This document shows positions 47,453-60,764 of a stretch of DNA of 64,000 bases, one piece after another. This DNA is from Eledone cirrhosa. Its lineage: Eukaryota. A model generated the notes under the pieces. That model had not been told where the DNA came from. It ran no database searches and worked only from the letters and a program-made list of their open reading frames with translations. A program made the position numbers and the translations under genes. The DNA lies in the NCBI GenBank assembly GCA_964016885.1, contig OZ024743.1, forward strand, positions 164,610,001 through 164,674,000. The letters run 5' to 3'. The number at the start of each line of letters is the position of its first letter. The stretch's first letter is position 1.

Positions 47453-47708
47453 TATATATATATATATATATATGTGTAGATAAATCTACCAAGAGTTTAC
47501 ATATGATATATATAATGTATGTTATATATATATATGATATATATATATATATATATCATATATATTTATACATATATATATATCATATATATTTATATAT
47601 ATGATATATATATATATATATATATATGATATATATATATTTATATATATATATATAATACATATATATCATATATATATATATCATATATATATATATG
47701 ATATATAT

Positions 47709-50247
47709 ATCATCATCATCATCATCATCATTTAACGTCCGTGTTCCACGCTTGCATGGGTTTGGACGGGGGTTTTCCCACTTGAGGCAAGAGTGGTTAT
47801 CTTGCTCGCATAGGACTATCTGGCGGGTTTTCTACAGCTGGATCACCTTCCTAACACCAACCACATTTACAGTGTGGGGCTGGGAGGTTTTTACCGTGTT
47901 GCTACACGGCCACATTACAGCGTGGACTGTCTGGCAGGTTTTCTACAGCTGGAGACCTTCCTAACACCAACCACATTTACAGTGTGGGGCTGGGAGGTTT
48001 TTACCGTGTTGCCTACACGGCCACATTACAGCGTGGACTGTCTGGCAGGTTTTCTACAGCTGGATGACCTTCCTAACACCAACCACATTTACAGTGTGGG
48101 GCTGGGAGGTTTTTACCGTGTTGCCTACACGGCCACATTACAGCGTGAAGTGTGTGTTTTTTTGACGTGACACCTACACGATCTCATTTGTTTCGGCCTG
48201 GATGTTGTGGCACCAACATAACTTTACATTGAAAGGGGCGGTGTGGATGGGGTGGGGGTGGTGGGACGGGGTTGTATTTTGTTAGAGATGCCTACTGACT
48301 GTAGTAGGTTTTACTTTGTATTTAGGTAAGGCAGGTCTTCTCTATTACTGAGTACCGCCAAAGGTCTCGGTCCAGTGACATTGTCTTGGTGAGGTGTAAG
48401 TGTGTGAGGTCGGAATTTATCAGCTCGTCCCAGGTTTTTCTGGGTCTGCCTATTCCGTGGCTACCGTCTATCTTTATTGCCCTGCGCTTTGTTATACAGC
48501 TATCGTCCTTCATGCGCATCACGTGACCATACCAACGTAGCCTTCTCACGAGTAAACAACATCTAATCCCTCTTCTTTCTAATTTTTTCCTTAGTTCGTT
48601 TATGCTTTGCCGTTCACGTATATTACTATTACACATCCAGCGGAGCATGCAAGCTTCGTTTCTCTCTAGTCTGCGTATATCCTCTGCACACAATGCCCAG
48701 GTCTCACTGCCATGCAACATTGCTGTTCGTATGCAGGCATCGTACAACCTGCCTTTCATTTTTAGGGAGAACCCTTTAGCGGCTAATAGCGGTATAAGCT
48801 CTCTGAACATTTTCCATCCAGTTCTGACTCTAGCTACTGTACTTTCAGAGCACCCTCCCCCACTGCTGATTTTGTCACCCAGGTAACGGAAACTGTCCAC
48901 TATTTCTATAGAACCCTCTGCGCAGTTGAAAGAGCTAGTATTTTTGTGGGCACTTGCTGCTACTTATTGCACCAGAGCACCGGCCACATGTAAAATCTAT
49001 GTTCTTAGTTAGCTTACCTGTGATCCCACTACATCTTTTATGCACCCATACTTTGCATTTGGGACACAAAATGGAGTTTCTACCTACGCCTTTCCTATAC
49101 ACTGAGCATGGCCACTTCCCGGAGGGGACCGCCGCCTTATTTTCTTTCTTACAAACTAGAACTTTAGTCTTAGCCAGGTTAATTTTAAGGCCTTTTGATT
49201 CTAGGCGGTGCTTCCATGTTTGGAATTTCTTCTCTAGCTCGGCCATTGATTCAGCTATGAACGTTAGATCATCTGCGTATAGGAGTTCCCATGGGCAGCC
49301 GGTCTTGAACTCCACTGTTATAGCCTGGAGGGCAATAATAAATAGTAGGGGGCTAAGAACAGAGCCCCGATGAACACCAACTTTTACGCTAAACTCTTCA
49401 CTATATTCGTTGTTAATTCTAACCTTGCTGACTGTTTCTTTATACATGGCTTGTATAGCTCTCACAAGCCATTCATCAACACCTAGTTTTCTAAGAGCCC
49501 ACCAGATAATGGAGCGGGGGACTCTGTCGAAGGCTTTCTCCAGGTCGACAAAAGCTAAGTATAGGGGTTTACTTTTAGCTAGGTACTTCTCCTGTAGTTG
49601 TCGTACAATGAAAAGAGCGTCTGTGGTACTTTTGCCTGACACAAACCCGAACTGCATTTCATCTAGATCAATTCTCTCTCTGATTAGTTGCGCTATTACT
49701 TTTTCCATGACCTTCATGACCTGGTCGATTAATTTAATGCCTCTATAGTTACTCCTATCTAGGGCATCTACTTTACCCTTATAACAGTTAACGATGATGC
49801 TGCTACGCCAGTCCTTCGGAACAACCCCATTCTGTATGACTTGGTTGACTATCCGGGTGACCATGGTGTGTCCCACCATACCAGATGCCTTCAGCATCTC
49901 GGCAACTATTTCCGAAGGCCCAGCCGCCTTACCCGTCTTCATATCTTTGATTGCCTTACTTATTTTACTACCCTCGACTAACACTGCTGGTCCCTCTATT
50001 GGGTCGATGTGGGGGAGACTGTCTTTCTCCCATTTATTCTCCTCATTTAGTAGCCTTTCATAGTGACACTTCCAATCTACCTTCTTATCAGCATCGGTGA
50101 TGGCAAGTATGCCGTCATCGTTAAGTACACACTTCTCCCCGACAATATCACGGTTTTCCTTGACACATTGCCTAGCAATCCTGAACACCTCACGTTTTTG
50201 GTCCTCGCGTTGAAGAACATGCTTGAACTTTCTTTCCTCTGCTTCCC
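47709..50247 (-). mobile_element. RTE family C 5'-truncated copy C6 with triplicated 3' UTR module
   Basis: ORFs 48322-48900 and 48935-50250 (frameshift); 111-bp tandem at about 47814-48146. Confidence 0.93.
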
Positions 50248-50640
50248 TATATATATAATACATATATATCATATATATATATATATCATATATATCATAT
50301 ATATATATATATATATATATCATATATATGATATATATATATATATATGATATATATATATATATATAATACATATATATGATATATATATATATATATC
50401 AAATCTATATATATATAATATATATATATATATATCATATATATATGAATTATATATATATCATATATATATATATGATATATATATATATATATATATC
50501 ATATATATATATATGATATATATATGAATTATATATATATATCATATATATATATGATATATATATATTATTTATATATATATGATATATATATATATGA
50601 TATATATATATAATATATATATATGATACATATATATATG

Positions 50641-50677
<37 letters not shown>

Positions 50678-51115
50678 GATATATATATATATATCATAAA
50701 TGTATATCATATATATATATCATATATATATATCAGATATATATATCATATATATATATATCATATATATATATCATATATATATCATATATATATCATA
50801 TATATATATATCATATATATATCATATATATATATATGATATATCTATAATATATATATATATCATATATATATGAATTATATATATGATATATATATAT
50901 ATATCATATATATATATATGATATATCTATAATATATATATATATCATATATATATGAATTATATATATGATATATATATATATATCATATATATATATA
51001 TATATCATATATCATATATATATATGAGATATATATATATGATTTATATATATATATGATATATATATATATGATATATATATATCATATATATATATAT
51101 ATAAATATATATATA
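50248..51115. repeat. (TA)n/(GATA)/(TATC) microsatellite array
   Basis: Directly visible. Confidence 0.95.
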
Positions 51116-51461
51116 TCATCATTCATCATTCATTTCATTTTACGTCCGCTTTTTCCCTGCTTGCAAGGGTGGGACGGGAACTGATTCTGGCTTGATTTCT
51201 ACAGCTGGATGCCCTTCCTAACACCAACCTCATTTACAGTGAGTGCTGGGTGCTTTTTTGCCGTGGCACCTCCACAACCACTTTGCAGTGGAATGATTTG
51301 GACCCCAGTTCCTATCATCTCATTTCTACAGCTGAGTAAACTGGAGCAATGTGAAATAAAGTGTCTTGCTCAAGGAAACAACACATCACCCGTTCTGAGA
51401 ATTGAACTCACAACCTTTCGACTGCAAGGCCAATGCTCTAACCACTAAGCCATGTGCCTCC
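51116..51461 (-). mobile_element. tRNA-derived CORE-SINE (second copy)
   Basis: Reverse-complement homolog of 8554-8897. Confidence 0.88.
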
Positions 51462-51477
51462 ATATATATATATATAT

Positions 51478-51507
<30 letters not shown>

Positions 51508-51513
<6 letters not shown>

Positions 51514-52297
51514 CCTGCATACGAACAGCAATGTTGCATGGCAGTGAGACCAGGGCATTGTGTGCAGAGGATATACGCAGACTAGAGAGAAACGAAGCTT
51601 GCATGCTCCGCTGGATGTGTAATAGTAATATACGTGAACGACAAAGCATAAACGAACTAAGGAAAAAATTAGAAATAAGAGGGATCAGATGTTGTTTACT
51701 AGAGAGAAGGCTACGTTGGTATGGTCACGTGATGCGCATGAAGGATGATAGCTGTATAACAAAGTGCAGGGCAATAAAGATAGACGGTAGCCACGGAATA
51801 GGCAGACCCAGAAAAACCTGGGACGAGCTGATAAACTCCGACCTCACACACTTACACCTCACCAAGACAATGTCACTGGACCGAGACCTTTGGCGGTACT
51901 CAGTAATAGAGAAGACCCGCCTTGCCAGTAGGCATCTCTAACAAAATACACCCCGTCCCACCCCCACCACCCCCACCCCATCCACACCACCCCGTTCTAT
52001 GTAAAGTTATGTTGGTGCCGCGCCATCCAGGCCGAAACAAATGAGATCGTGTAGGTGTCACGACAAAAAAACACACACTTCACGCTGTAATGTGGCCGTG
52101 TAGGCAACACGGTAAAAACCTCCCAGACCCACACTGTAAATGTGGTTGGTGTTAGGAAGGGCATCCAACTGTAGAAAACCTGCCAGACAGTCCTATGCGA
52201 GCAAGACAATCACTCTTGCCTCAAGTGGGACTACCCCCGTCCAAACCCATGCAAGCGTGGAACACGGACGTTAAACGTTGATGATGATGATGATGAT
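51508..52297 (+). mobile_element. RTE family C 3' fragment C7
   Basis: ORF 51531-51941 ending KTRLASRHL, 3' UTR, (GAT)n. Confidence 0.92.
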
Positions 52298-52310
52298 ATA
52301 TATATCATAT

Positions 52311-52312
<2 letters not shown>

Positions 52313-52345
<33 letters not shown>

Positions 52346-54940
52346 TTTACGTCCGCTTTTCCCTGCTTGCAAGGGTGGGACGGGTCTTATTCAGCACAGC
52401 ATCTCTCCACTCGTCACGGTCCCTCGTCATCTCCACCGTGAGCTTCAATGATCTGAGGTCTGTTCTCACCACCTCCGCCCATGTTTTTCGTGGTCTACCT
52501 CTACCACGTCTTCCTTCAACTGGCATTTCCTGGCACTTCTTCACCCATCGGTCATCCTCCATGCGCATCACATGTCCATACCACCTGTCTCCTCTCCCGT
52601 ACACTACATTCTATCCCTCTCAGACACAGTTTCTCTCTCAACACATTTATGCTGGGTCGTTCACGCACATTTACACTGCACATCCAACGGAGCATGCTTG
52701 CCTCATTTCTCTCCAGCCGTCGCATATCCTCTGCGGTTGCTGCCCATGTCTCACTACCATGCAGCATCGCGCTCCTCACACAGGCATCATACAACCGGCC
52801 TTTCGTACGCAGGGAGAAACCCTTCTTCGTCAACAGAGGAACCAGCTCCCTAAACTTCTTCCAACCCGTCCTTATTCTAGATACTATGGCCTCGGAACAC
52901 CCTCCTCCCATGCTAATCTGATCTCCCAGGTACCGGAAGCTATCCACCACTTCTATAGCGCCCTCTTGCATTTGAAAAATGTGTCTATCAGTGCGACTTC
53001 TACTGTCTAATTTCCCTGTACATCTACTGCATACATATTTCTCCCTACCTGTTAGTTTGCCTGCTATCCCGCTACATCTCTTGTGTACCCAGGACCTGCA
53101 TTGTGTGCATTTTATAGAATTTATGCCAGTTCCTTTTCTGCATATCGAACATGGCCATTTCCCTGACGGAATCAGGGTTTTGTCCTCTTTTCTACTCATC
53201 AACACTTTTGTCTTAGCTAGATTTACTCTCAGTCCTCTTGCTTCCAACTGCTGTTTCCATAGCCGGAATTTATTCTCTAGCTCCTCTACTGATTCTGCTA
53301 TAAGAGCCAGATCGTCAGCATAGAGAAGTTCCCATGGACAGCCAGTCTTAAACTCCTCTGTTATGGCTTGGAGGACTATAATGAACAAGAGCGGGCTGAG
53401 GACCGAACCCTGATGTACTCCTACTTGTATCTGGAATTCCTCACTAAACTCCATTCCTACCCTGACTTTACTGAGAGTACCTCTGTACAAAGTTTGCACT
53501 GTCCTCACAAGCCATTCCTCAACACCTAGCTTCCTTAGGGACCACCAGATGACAGATCGGGGTACCCTATCAAAGGCCTTCTCTAGGTCAACAAAGGCTA
53601 AGTATAGTGTCTTATTCTTCTCCAAGAACCTCTCTTGCATTTGTCTCACCAAGAAGAGGGCATCTGTTGTACTCTTCCCAGGCACAAAACCAAACTGCTT
53701 CTCATCTAGTTTGACCCTTTCTCTAATTAGTTGTGCTAAAATCCTTTCTGCCACTTTCATAACCTGATCTATCAGTTTTATACCCCTATAATTGCTCCTC
53801 TCCAAAGCATCCCCTTTACCTTTGTAGCAATTTATGAGAATACTGCTGCACCAGTCTTTGGGTATGACACCACCATATATAGCCTGATTGATGATGCGTG
53901 CAACCAGTTTAGTGCCTACGTCCCCTGATGCCTTCAGCATCTCAGCAACTATTCCCGATGGTCCGGCTGCCTTACCATTTTTCATTTCCCTAATCGCCTC
54001 TTGGACCCTATATTCGTCAATCTCAATAGCTGGTCCCTCTGTCGGATCTACCAAGGGTAATTTCTCTCTCTCCCATTCGTTCTCCACATTCATCAGTCTC
54101 TCATAATGACATTTCCAGGCCTCCTTTTTCTGGTCATTCGTGACACTAAGTACACCGGCATTATCCCGGACACATTTATCACCAACAACATCCTGATTTG
54201 CATTGACACACTGCCTTGCAATGTGGAACACCGCACGCCTCTGATCTTCCCGTCGCAGAACATTGGCAAACCTCCTACTCTCTGCCTCCCTGCGTGCTAA
54301 GTACACCTGACGTCTAGCTTCTCTCTTAATGGCTGTATATTCTTCCCTACTCCCACCCTTTTTTCCAAGCCTTCCATGCTAGTCTTTTGTCTCTAATAGC
54401 CTTATCTACTGTGCTGTTCCACCACCAGGTCACTCTCTGTCTGGTTGGAGCTCTGCTCCAGCCACAGGTTTCATCAGTAACCTGCAGCAAGTTGTCACGT
54501 AAGAACTTCCAGTTATTATCTATGTCATACGTCTCTAAATCGTCTTCTTTTTCGTCATATACATCTTGAAGGGCTTTCCTAAATTTGAATTTTAGTGAAA
54601 GGTCTTTTAGCTTCCAGACCTTTCTTCTCCACACCTTCCTATATGTCTCATTCCATCTCTTGCTTACTGAGATATCACTAACAACTAACCTATGCTGTGG
54701 GGTACATTCTTCCCCAGGGTATGCCTTGGTATTAGACACTATCTGCCTGTCCCGCTGCCTAACTAGCAGGAAGTCAATCTGGCTTATGTGCTCACCAGAT
54801 TTGTAGGTTATTAGGTGATTGGCAGGTTTCTGGAAGTTTGTGTTGCAAATAGTCAATGTACTTGCATCACAAAATTCAAGAAGTCTCACTCCTTCTTCAT
54901 TTCTTGAACCGTAACCGTGCCCACCATGTACCCCAGTGTA
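52313..54940 (-). mobile_element. RTE family B 5'-truncated copy B3
   Basis: ORFs 54347-54889 (APE), 52552-54306 (RT + PHD) and 52347-52604; two frameshifts. Confidence 0.94.
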
Positions 54941-55195
54941 TGATATATATATGAATTATATGATATATATATGAATATATATATGAATTATATGATATAT
55001 ATATGAATTATATATATGATATATATATATATATCATATATATATATATATCATATATATATATCATATATATATCATATATATATATCATATATACTCA
55101 TTATTTATGTAAAACAAGACCACAAATTTCACAAATTTCACAAATTTCGTATCTCCATCTCTCTCTTTAAGATTGGTTACTCTTGAACTGTGTAT

Positions 55196-55246
<51 letters not shown>

Positions 55247-55304
55247 ATAGTAATATATTTGAAGACTAAAATCCAAAGAGGGCTCTATAAGGATAAATAT
55301 CAAA

Positions 55305-55468
55305 TATATAAGAACCGTAGAGCAAATATTTATTAAAATAACAGATTAAAGTTTAAGCAAATAATCGGTGCTTTCACCCTTAACGGGATCTTCTGAAACT
55401 CAGTTTCAGAGGAAGGGTGAAAACAGCGATTCTTTGCTTAAACTTTAATCTGTTATTTTAATAAATAT
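55305..55468. repeat. Palindromic mini-element made of two inverted Naiad 3' termini
   Basis: Arms match 42625-42688 and 43968-44035; centre TCTGAAACT-C-AGTTTCAGA. Confidence 0.8.
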
Positions 55469-55506
55469 CTATACATATCTATATATATATATATATATAT
55501 ATGACA

Positions 55507-55590
<84 letters not shown>

Positions 55591-55665
55591 AGATATATAT
55601 ATGATATATATATATTATTAATATATGATATATATATATATATCATATATATATTATATATATAT

Positions 55666-56266
55666 CACCACACACACCACCACCATTTTACGTCCGTTCT
55701 TCCACGCTAGAATGGGTTAGACGGGTTGTCCTTTAGTGGGCAGTGCCTGGACGGCTGACCATGCCTTGCTCATACAGGAACTGATTTGGCTTGATTTCTA
55801 CAGCTGGATACTCTTCCTAACACCAACCTCATTTACAGTGAGTGCCGGGTACTTTTTCGTTGCCGCCTACACGTCCACTTTACAGTGTGGGCTGGCTGCT
55901 TTTTTGCCGTGGCACCTCAACAACCACCTTGCAGTGGGGGTGTGTGGGGGCATATTGTCTATATGCCTCAGCTTGTACCCATGGGAGGTCGGGTACTCTG
56001 TATTACTGCGTGATGTCAGAGGTCACGGTCGTGTGTCATCGTCTTTGAGAGCTGTAATTGGGTAAGGTCGGCTTTTATCACCTCATCCCAGGTGACCTTG
56101 GGTCTCCCCACTCTGCGGTTTCCATCGATATCTAGTGCTCTGCACCTTTTTATGCAGCTGTCCTCCTTCATACGCATCACATGTCTATACCAGCGCAACC
56201 GCCTCTCCTGCGCACAGCATTTGATTCCTCTTATACTCAGTCTCTCTCTCAATTTATTTATGCTTT
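55666..56266 (-). mobile_element. RTE family A 3' fragment A3
   Basis: Homologous to 256-860, more diverged. Confidence 0.9.
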
Positions 56267-56318
56267 ATATATATCATATCATATATATATATATCATATA
56301 TATATATCATATATATAT

Positions 56319-59207
56319 GGTGTTAGGAAGGGCATCCAACCAGTGTATCAATGCCAAAACGCTTATCAGCACAGCAACAAATAGGAACAACAACAAAGTA
56401 TGAAGACGTCGCATCTCAGAGTTGCAATACTTAATGTTGGCACTCTCAGAGGTAGATCTGCTGAAATAGCGGAGATGCTGGAGAGAAGGCATGTGGATAT
56501 ATGCTGTGTGTAAGAGGTGAGATGGAGAGGTGCCTCTGCGAGACTAGTCGTAGGCAAACATCTTAGCTATAAGCTTTTCTGGGTAGGTAAGGATGACGGG
56601 TTAGGGGGAGTCGGCATTTTCCTGGCTGAGAGATGGATCAATTAGACAAAAGAGTTAGTTTGAGTTAGTAATCGAATAATTAAGCTTAGATTAGTTGTAG
56701 ACAGGAGACTACTGACAATCATCTCTGCCTATGCTCCCCAAGCAGGCCTAGGCAAAGATGAGAAAGACTGCTTTTACGATCAACTTTTGCAAACAACCGC
56801 AATGACAGACGACGGAGACATTATTATGCTAGCAGGAGACTTCAATGGTCATGTTGGACAGCTCCAGGATGGTTACACTGGGGTATATGGTGGGCACAGT
56901 TACGGCTCAAGAAATGAAGAAGGAGTGAGACTTCTTGAATTTTATGATGCAGGTACACAGACTATTTGCAACACAAACTTCCAGAAACCTGCCAATCACC
57001 TAATAACCTACAAATCAGGTGAGCACATAAGCCAGATTGACTTGTTACTAGTTAGGCAGCGGGACAGGCAGATAGTGTCTAATACGAAGGCATACCCTGG
57101 GGAAGAATGTACCCCACAGCATAGGTTAGTCGTTAGTGATATCTCAGTAAGCAAGAGATGGAATGAGACATACAGGAAGGTGTGGAGAAGAAAGGTCTGG
57201 AAGCTAAAAGACCTTTCACTAAAATACAAATTTAGGAAAGCCCTTCAAGATGTATATGACGAAAAAGAAGACGATTTAGAGACGTATGACATAGATAATA
57301 ACTGGAATTTCTTACGTGACAACTTGCTGCAGGCTACTGATGAAACTTGTGGCTGGAGCAGAGCTCCAACCAAACAGAGAGTGACCTGGTGGTGGAACAG
57401 CACAGTAGATAAGGCCGTTAGAGACAAAAGACTAGCATGGAAGGCTTGGAAAAAGAGTGGGAGTAGGGAAGAATATACAGCCGCTAAGAGAGAAGCTAGA
57501 CGTCAGGTGTACTTAGCATGCAGGGAGACTGAGAGTAGGAGGTTTGCCAATGTTCTGCAATGGGAGGATCAGAGGCGTGCGGTGTTCCACATTGCAAGGC
57601 AGTGTGTCAATGCAAATCAGGTTGTTGTTGGAGATAAATGTGTCCGGGATGATGCCGGTGTACTTAGTGTCACGAATGATCAGAAAAAGGAGGCCTGGAA
57701 ATGTCATTATGAGAGACTGATGAATGTGGAGAACGATTGGGAGAGAGAGAAATTACCCTTAGTAGATCCGACAGAGGCACCAGCTATTGAGATTGACGAA
57801 TATAGGGTCCAAGAGGCGATTAAGGAAATGAAAAATGGTAAGGCTGCTGGACCATCGGGAATAGTTGCTGAGATGCTGAAGGCATTAGGGAACGTAGGCA
57901 GTAAACTGGTTGCACGCATCATCAATCAGGCTATATATGGTGGTGTCATACCCAAAGACTGGTGCAGCAGTATTCTCATAAATTGCTACAAAGGTAAAGG
58001 GGATGCTCTGGAGAGGAGCAATTATAGGGGTATAAAACTGATGGATCAGGTTATGAAATTGGCAGAAAGGATATTAGCACAACTAATTAGAGAAAGGGTC
58101 AAATTAGATGAGATACTCTCAGTAAAGTGAGGGTAGGAATGGAGTTTAGTGAGGAATTCCAGATACAAGTAGGAGTACATCAAGGTTCAGTCCTCAGCCC
58201 GCTCTTGTTCATTATAGTCCTCCAAGCCATAACAGAGGAGTTTAAGACTGGCTGTCCATCGGAACTTCTCTATGCTGACGATCTGGTTCTTATAGCAGAA
58301 TCAGTAGACTGAGAGTGAACCTAGCTAAGACAAAAGTGTTGAGTAGAAAAGAGGACAAAACTTTGATTCCGTCAGGGAAATGGCCATGTTCGATATGCAG
58401 AAAAGGAACTGGCATAAATTCTATAAAATGCATACAATGCAGATCCTGGGTACACAGAGATCTAGCGGGATAGCAGGCAAAGTAACAGGTAGGGAGAAAT
58501 ATGTATGCAGTAGATGTACAGGGAAATTAGACAGTAGAAGTCGCATTGCTAGACACATTTTTCAAATGCAGGAGGGTGCTATAGAAGTGGTGGATAGCTT
58601 CCGGTACCTAGGAGATCAGATTAGCATGGGAGGAGGGTGTTCCGAGGCCATATTATCTAGAATAAGGACGGGTTGGAAGAAGTTTAGGGAGCTGCTTCCT
58701 CTGCTGACGAAGAAGGGTTTCTCCCTGCATAAGAAAGACCGATTGTATGATACCTGTGTGAGGAGCGTGATGCTGCGTGTTAATGAAACATGGGCAGCAA
58801 CTGCAGAGGATATGCGACGGCTGGAGAGAAATGAGGTAAGCATGCTACGTTGGATGTGCAGTGTAAATGTGCGTGAACGACCCAGCATGAATGTGTTGAG
58901 AGAGAAACTGTCTGAGAGGGATAGAATGTAGTGTACGGGAGATGAGACTGAGGTGGTATGGACATGTGATGCGCATGGAGGATGACCAATGGGTGAAGAA
59001 GTGCCAGGAAATGCCAGTTGAAGGAAGACGTGGTAGAGGTAGACCACGAAAAACATGGGCAGAGGTGGTGAGAACAGACCTCAGATCGTTGAAGCTCACG
59101 GTGGAGAAGACGAAGGACCGTGACGAGTGGAGAGATGCTGTGCTGAATAAGACTTGTCCCACACTTGCGAGCAGGGAAAAGCGGATGTAAAATAATGATG
59201 ATGATGA
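56319..59207 (+). mobile_element. RTE family B near-full-length pseudogenised copy B4 including 5' UTR
   Basis: 5' GGTGTTAGGAAGGGCATCCA; ATG at 56400 (MKTSHLRVAILNVGTLRGRS); in-frame stops; internal deletions near 58112 and 58308; tail (GAT)n. Confidence 0.93.
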
Positions 59208-59237
59208 TATATCATATATATATATATATATATCATT

Positions 59238-59277
<40 letters not shown>

Positions 59278-60105
59278 TAGTGTATTTTGCTATACACTGT
59301 ATGCTTAATTAAAAGCGTTTCAAAGACCTTACGCTATTGTTTTAGGGTACTGACAGTCTCACTTACTTTACATTTTCAGCAAATAGGTGAGATAAAGCTG
59401 ACAGAGCTCTGTTTTGTACTGATTGGTACTTATCAAAGCCAAGTACTCCACCTGTTTGCTGAAAATCATGAATGTTTGATTCTTATAGAATTCTAGTAAT
59501 AATTGTTTCTACGTTAGGCAGAAGGCCAGCAATTAACCAGTGTATTACTGGTACTTTATTTTATCGACCCCGTAAGGATGAAAGGCAAAGTTAACCTCGG
59601 CGGAATTTGAACTCAGAATGGCAAGGGCCGTAACTATGCGTCAAAGCATGGTGTCCGACCCTCTACCAATACTGCCACTCCACCGCCCGAATTCTAGTAA
59701 TAATCAGGAACTGATTATACAGAGCGGTTGCCGGTCAGGCCGAAATTGAAAATTAGAATTGGTGCTCTGAAATAGCGATATATATATATGAATGTATATT
59801 AGTGTACTTTGCAATACACTGTATGCTTAATTAACAGCATTTCGAAGACCTTGCGCTATTGTTTTAGAGTAGTGACAGTCTCACTTACTTTAAATGTTCA
59901 GCAAACAGGCGAAATAAAGCTGACAGAGCTCTGTTTTGTACTGATTGGTATTTAACAAATCCAATTACTCCACCTGTTTGCTGAAAATCATGAATGTTTG
60001 ATTCTTATAGAATTCTAGTAATGATCAGGAACTGATTATACAGAGCGGTTGCCGGTCAGGCAGAAATTGAAAATTAGAATTGTTGCTCTGAATTAGCGAT
60101 ATATA
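59278..60105. repeat. Tandem duplication of an unclassified repeat of about 300 bp (first copy interrupted by a SINE)
   Basis: 59278-59780 (minus the SINE) aligns with 59800-60100. Confidence 0.85.
59504..59688 (-). mobile_element. tRNA-derived Meta-domain SINE with 16-bp TSD
   Basis: B box GAGTTCAAATTCC; Meta-like GCCTTTCATCCTTACGGGGTCGATAAAAT..GTACCAG; TSD GAATTCTAGTAATAAT. Confidence 0.85.
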
Positions 60106-60115
60106 TATATGAATG

Positions 60116-60760
60116 TATATATACTACATTTCTAGTTTTAAAGTTAATATGGGGGCTTAGTTTACCGATTATACATTTCTTATCTATCCAGGGAGGTCTT
60201 TGAAAAAGGTATGTATTGCTAATAAGTGTTTTTATGGTGGTACCTCCATAAAAAAACACTTATTAGCAATACATACCCTTTTCAAAGACCTCCCTGTATA
60301 GATAAAAAATGTATAATCTGTAAACTAAGCCCCCATATTAACTGTAAAACTAGAAATGTAGTATATAGCATAAGATGTACTGAAAGACAATGTAGAGATA
60401 AGAATATAGTGTACATAGGTGAGACAGCTCGTAGTATAGGAGAACGGATAAATGAACACTGGCGAGAGCTTCAAGATAGTAAAGAATCATCTGTACTCCA
60501 CCAACAAGCTAAAATAGAACATAAGGGTAAATTAGAGAACATAGAAATAAAAATAGAATCTACACACAGAAAAGATGCAATGTTTAGACAAATCACAGAG
60601 GCAATAAACAGAAAAGAATTACAACCATGAAAACATGAATGGAATAGCAATATCACAACTTACAATTAAGGACAAAATGAAAACACACACACACATAGAA
60701 CAAACAACCAACCAGTAACATGGAAATAAACAAATAAATAAACAAATATAAACACACATA
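60116..60760 (+). mobile_element. PLE (Neptune/Hydra-like) GIY-YIG 3' fragment with a 5' fold-back
   Basis: ORF 60226-60630 (VVYSIRC..YIGETAR); 60116-60241 is inverted relative to 60242-60367, centred on GGTACC. Confidence 0.87.
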
Positions 60761-60764
60761 TGAT

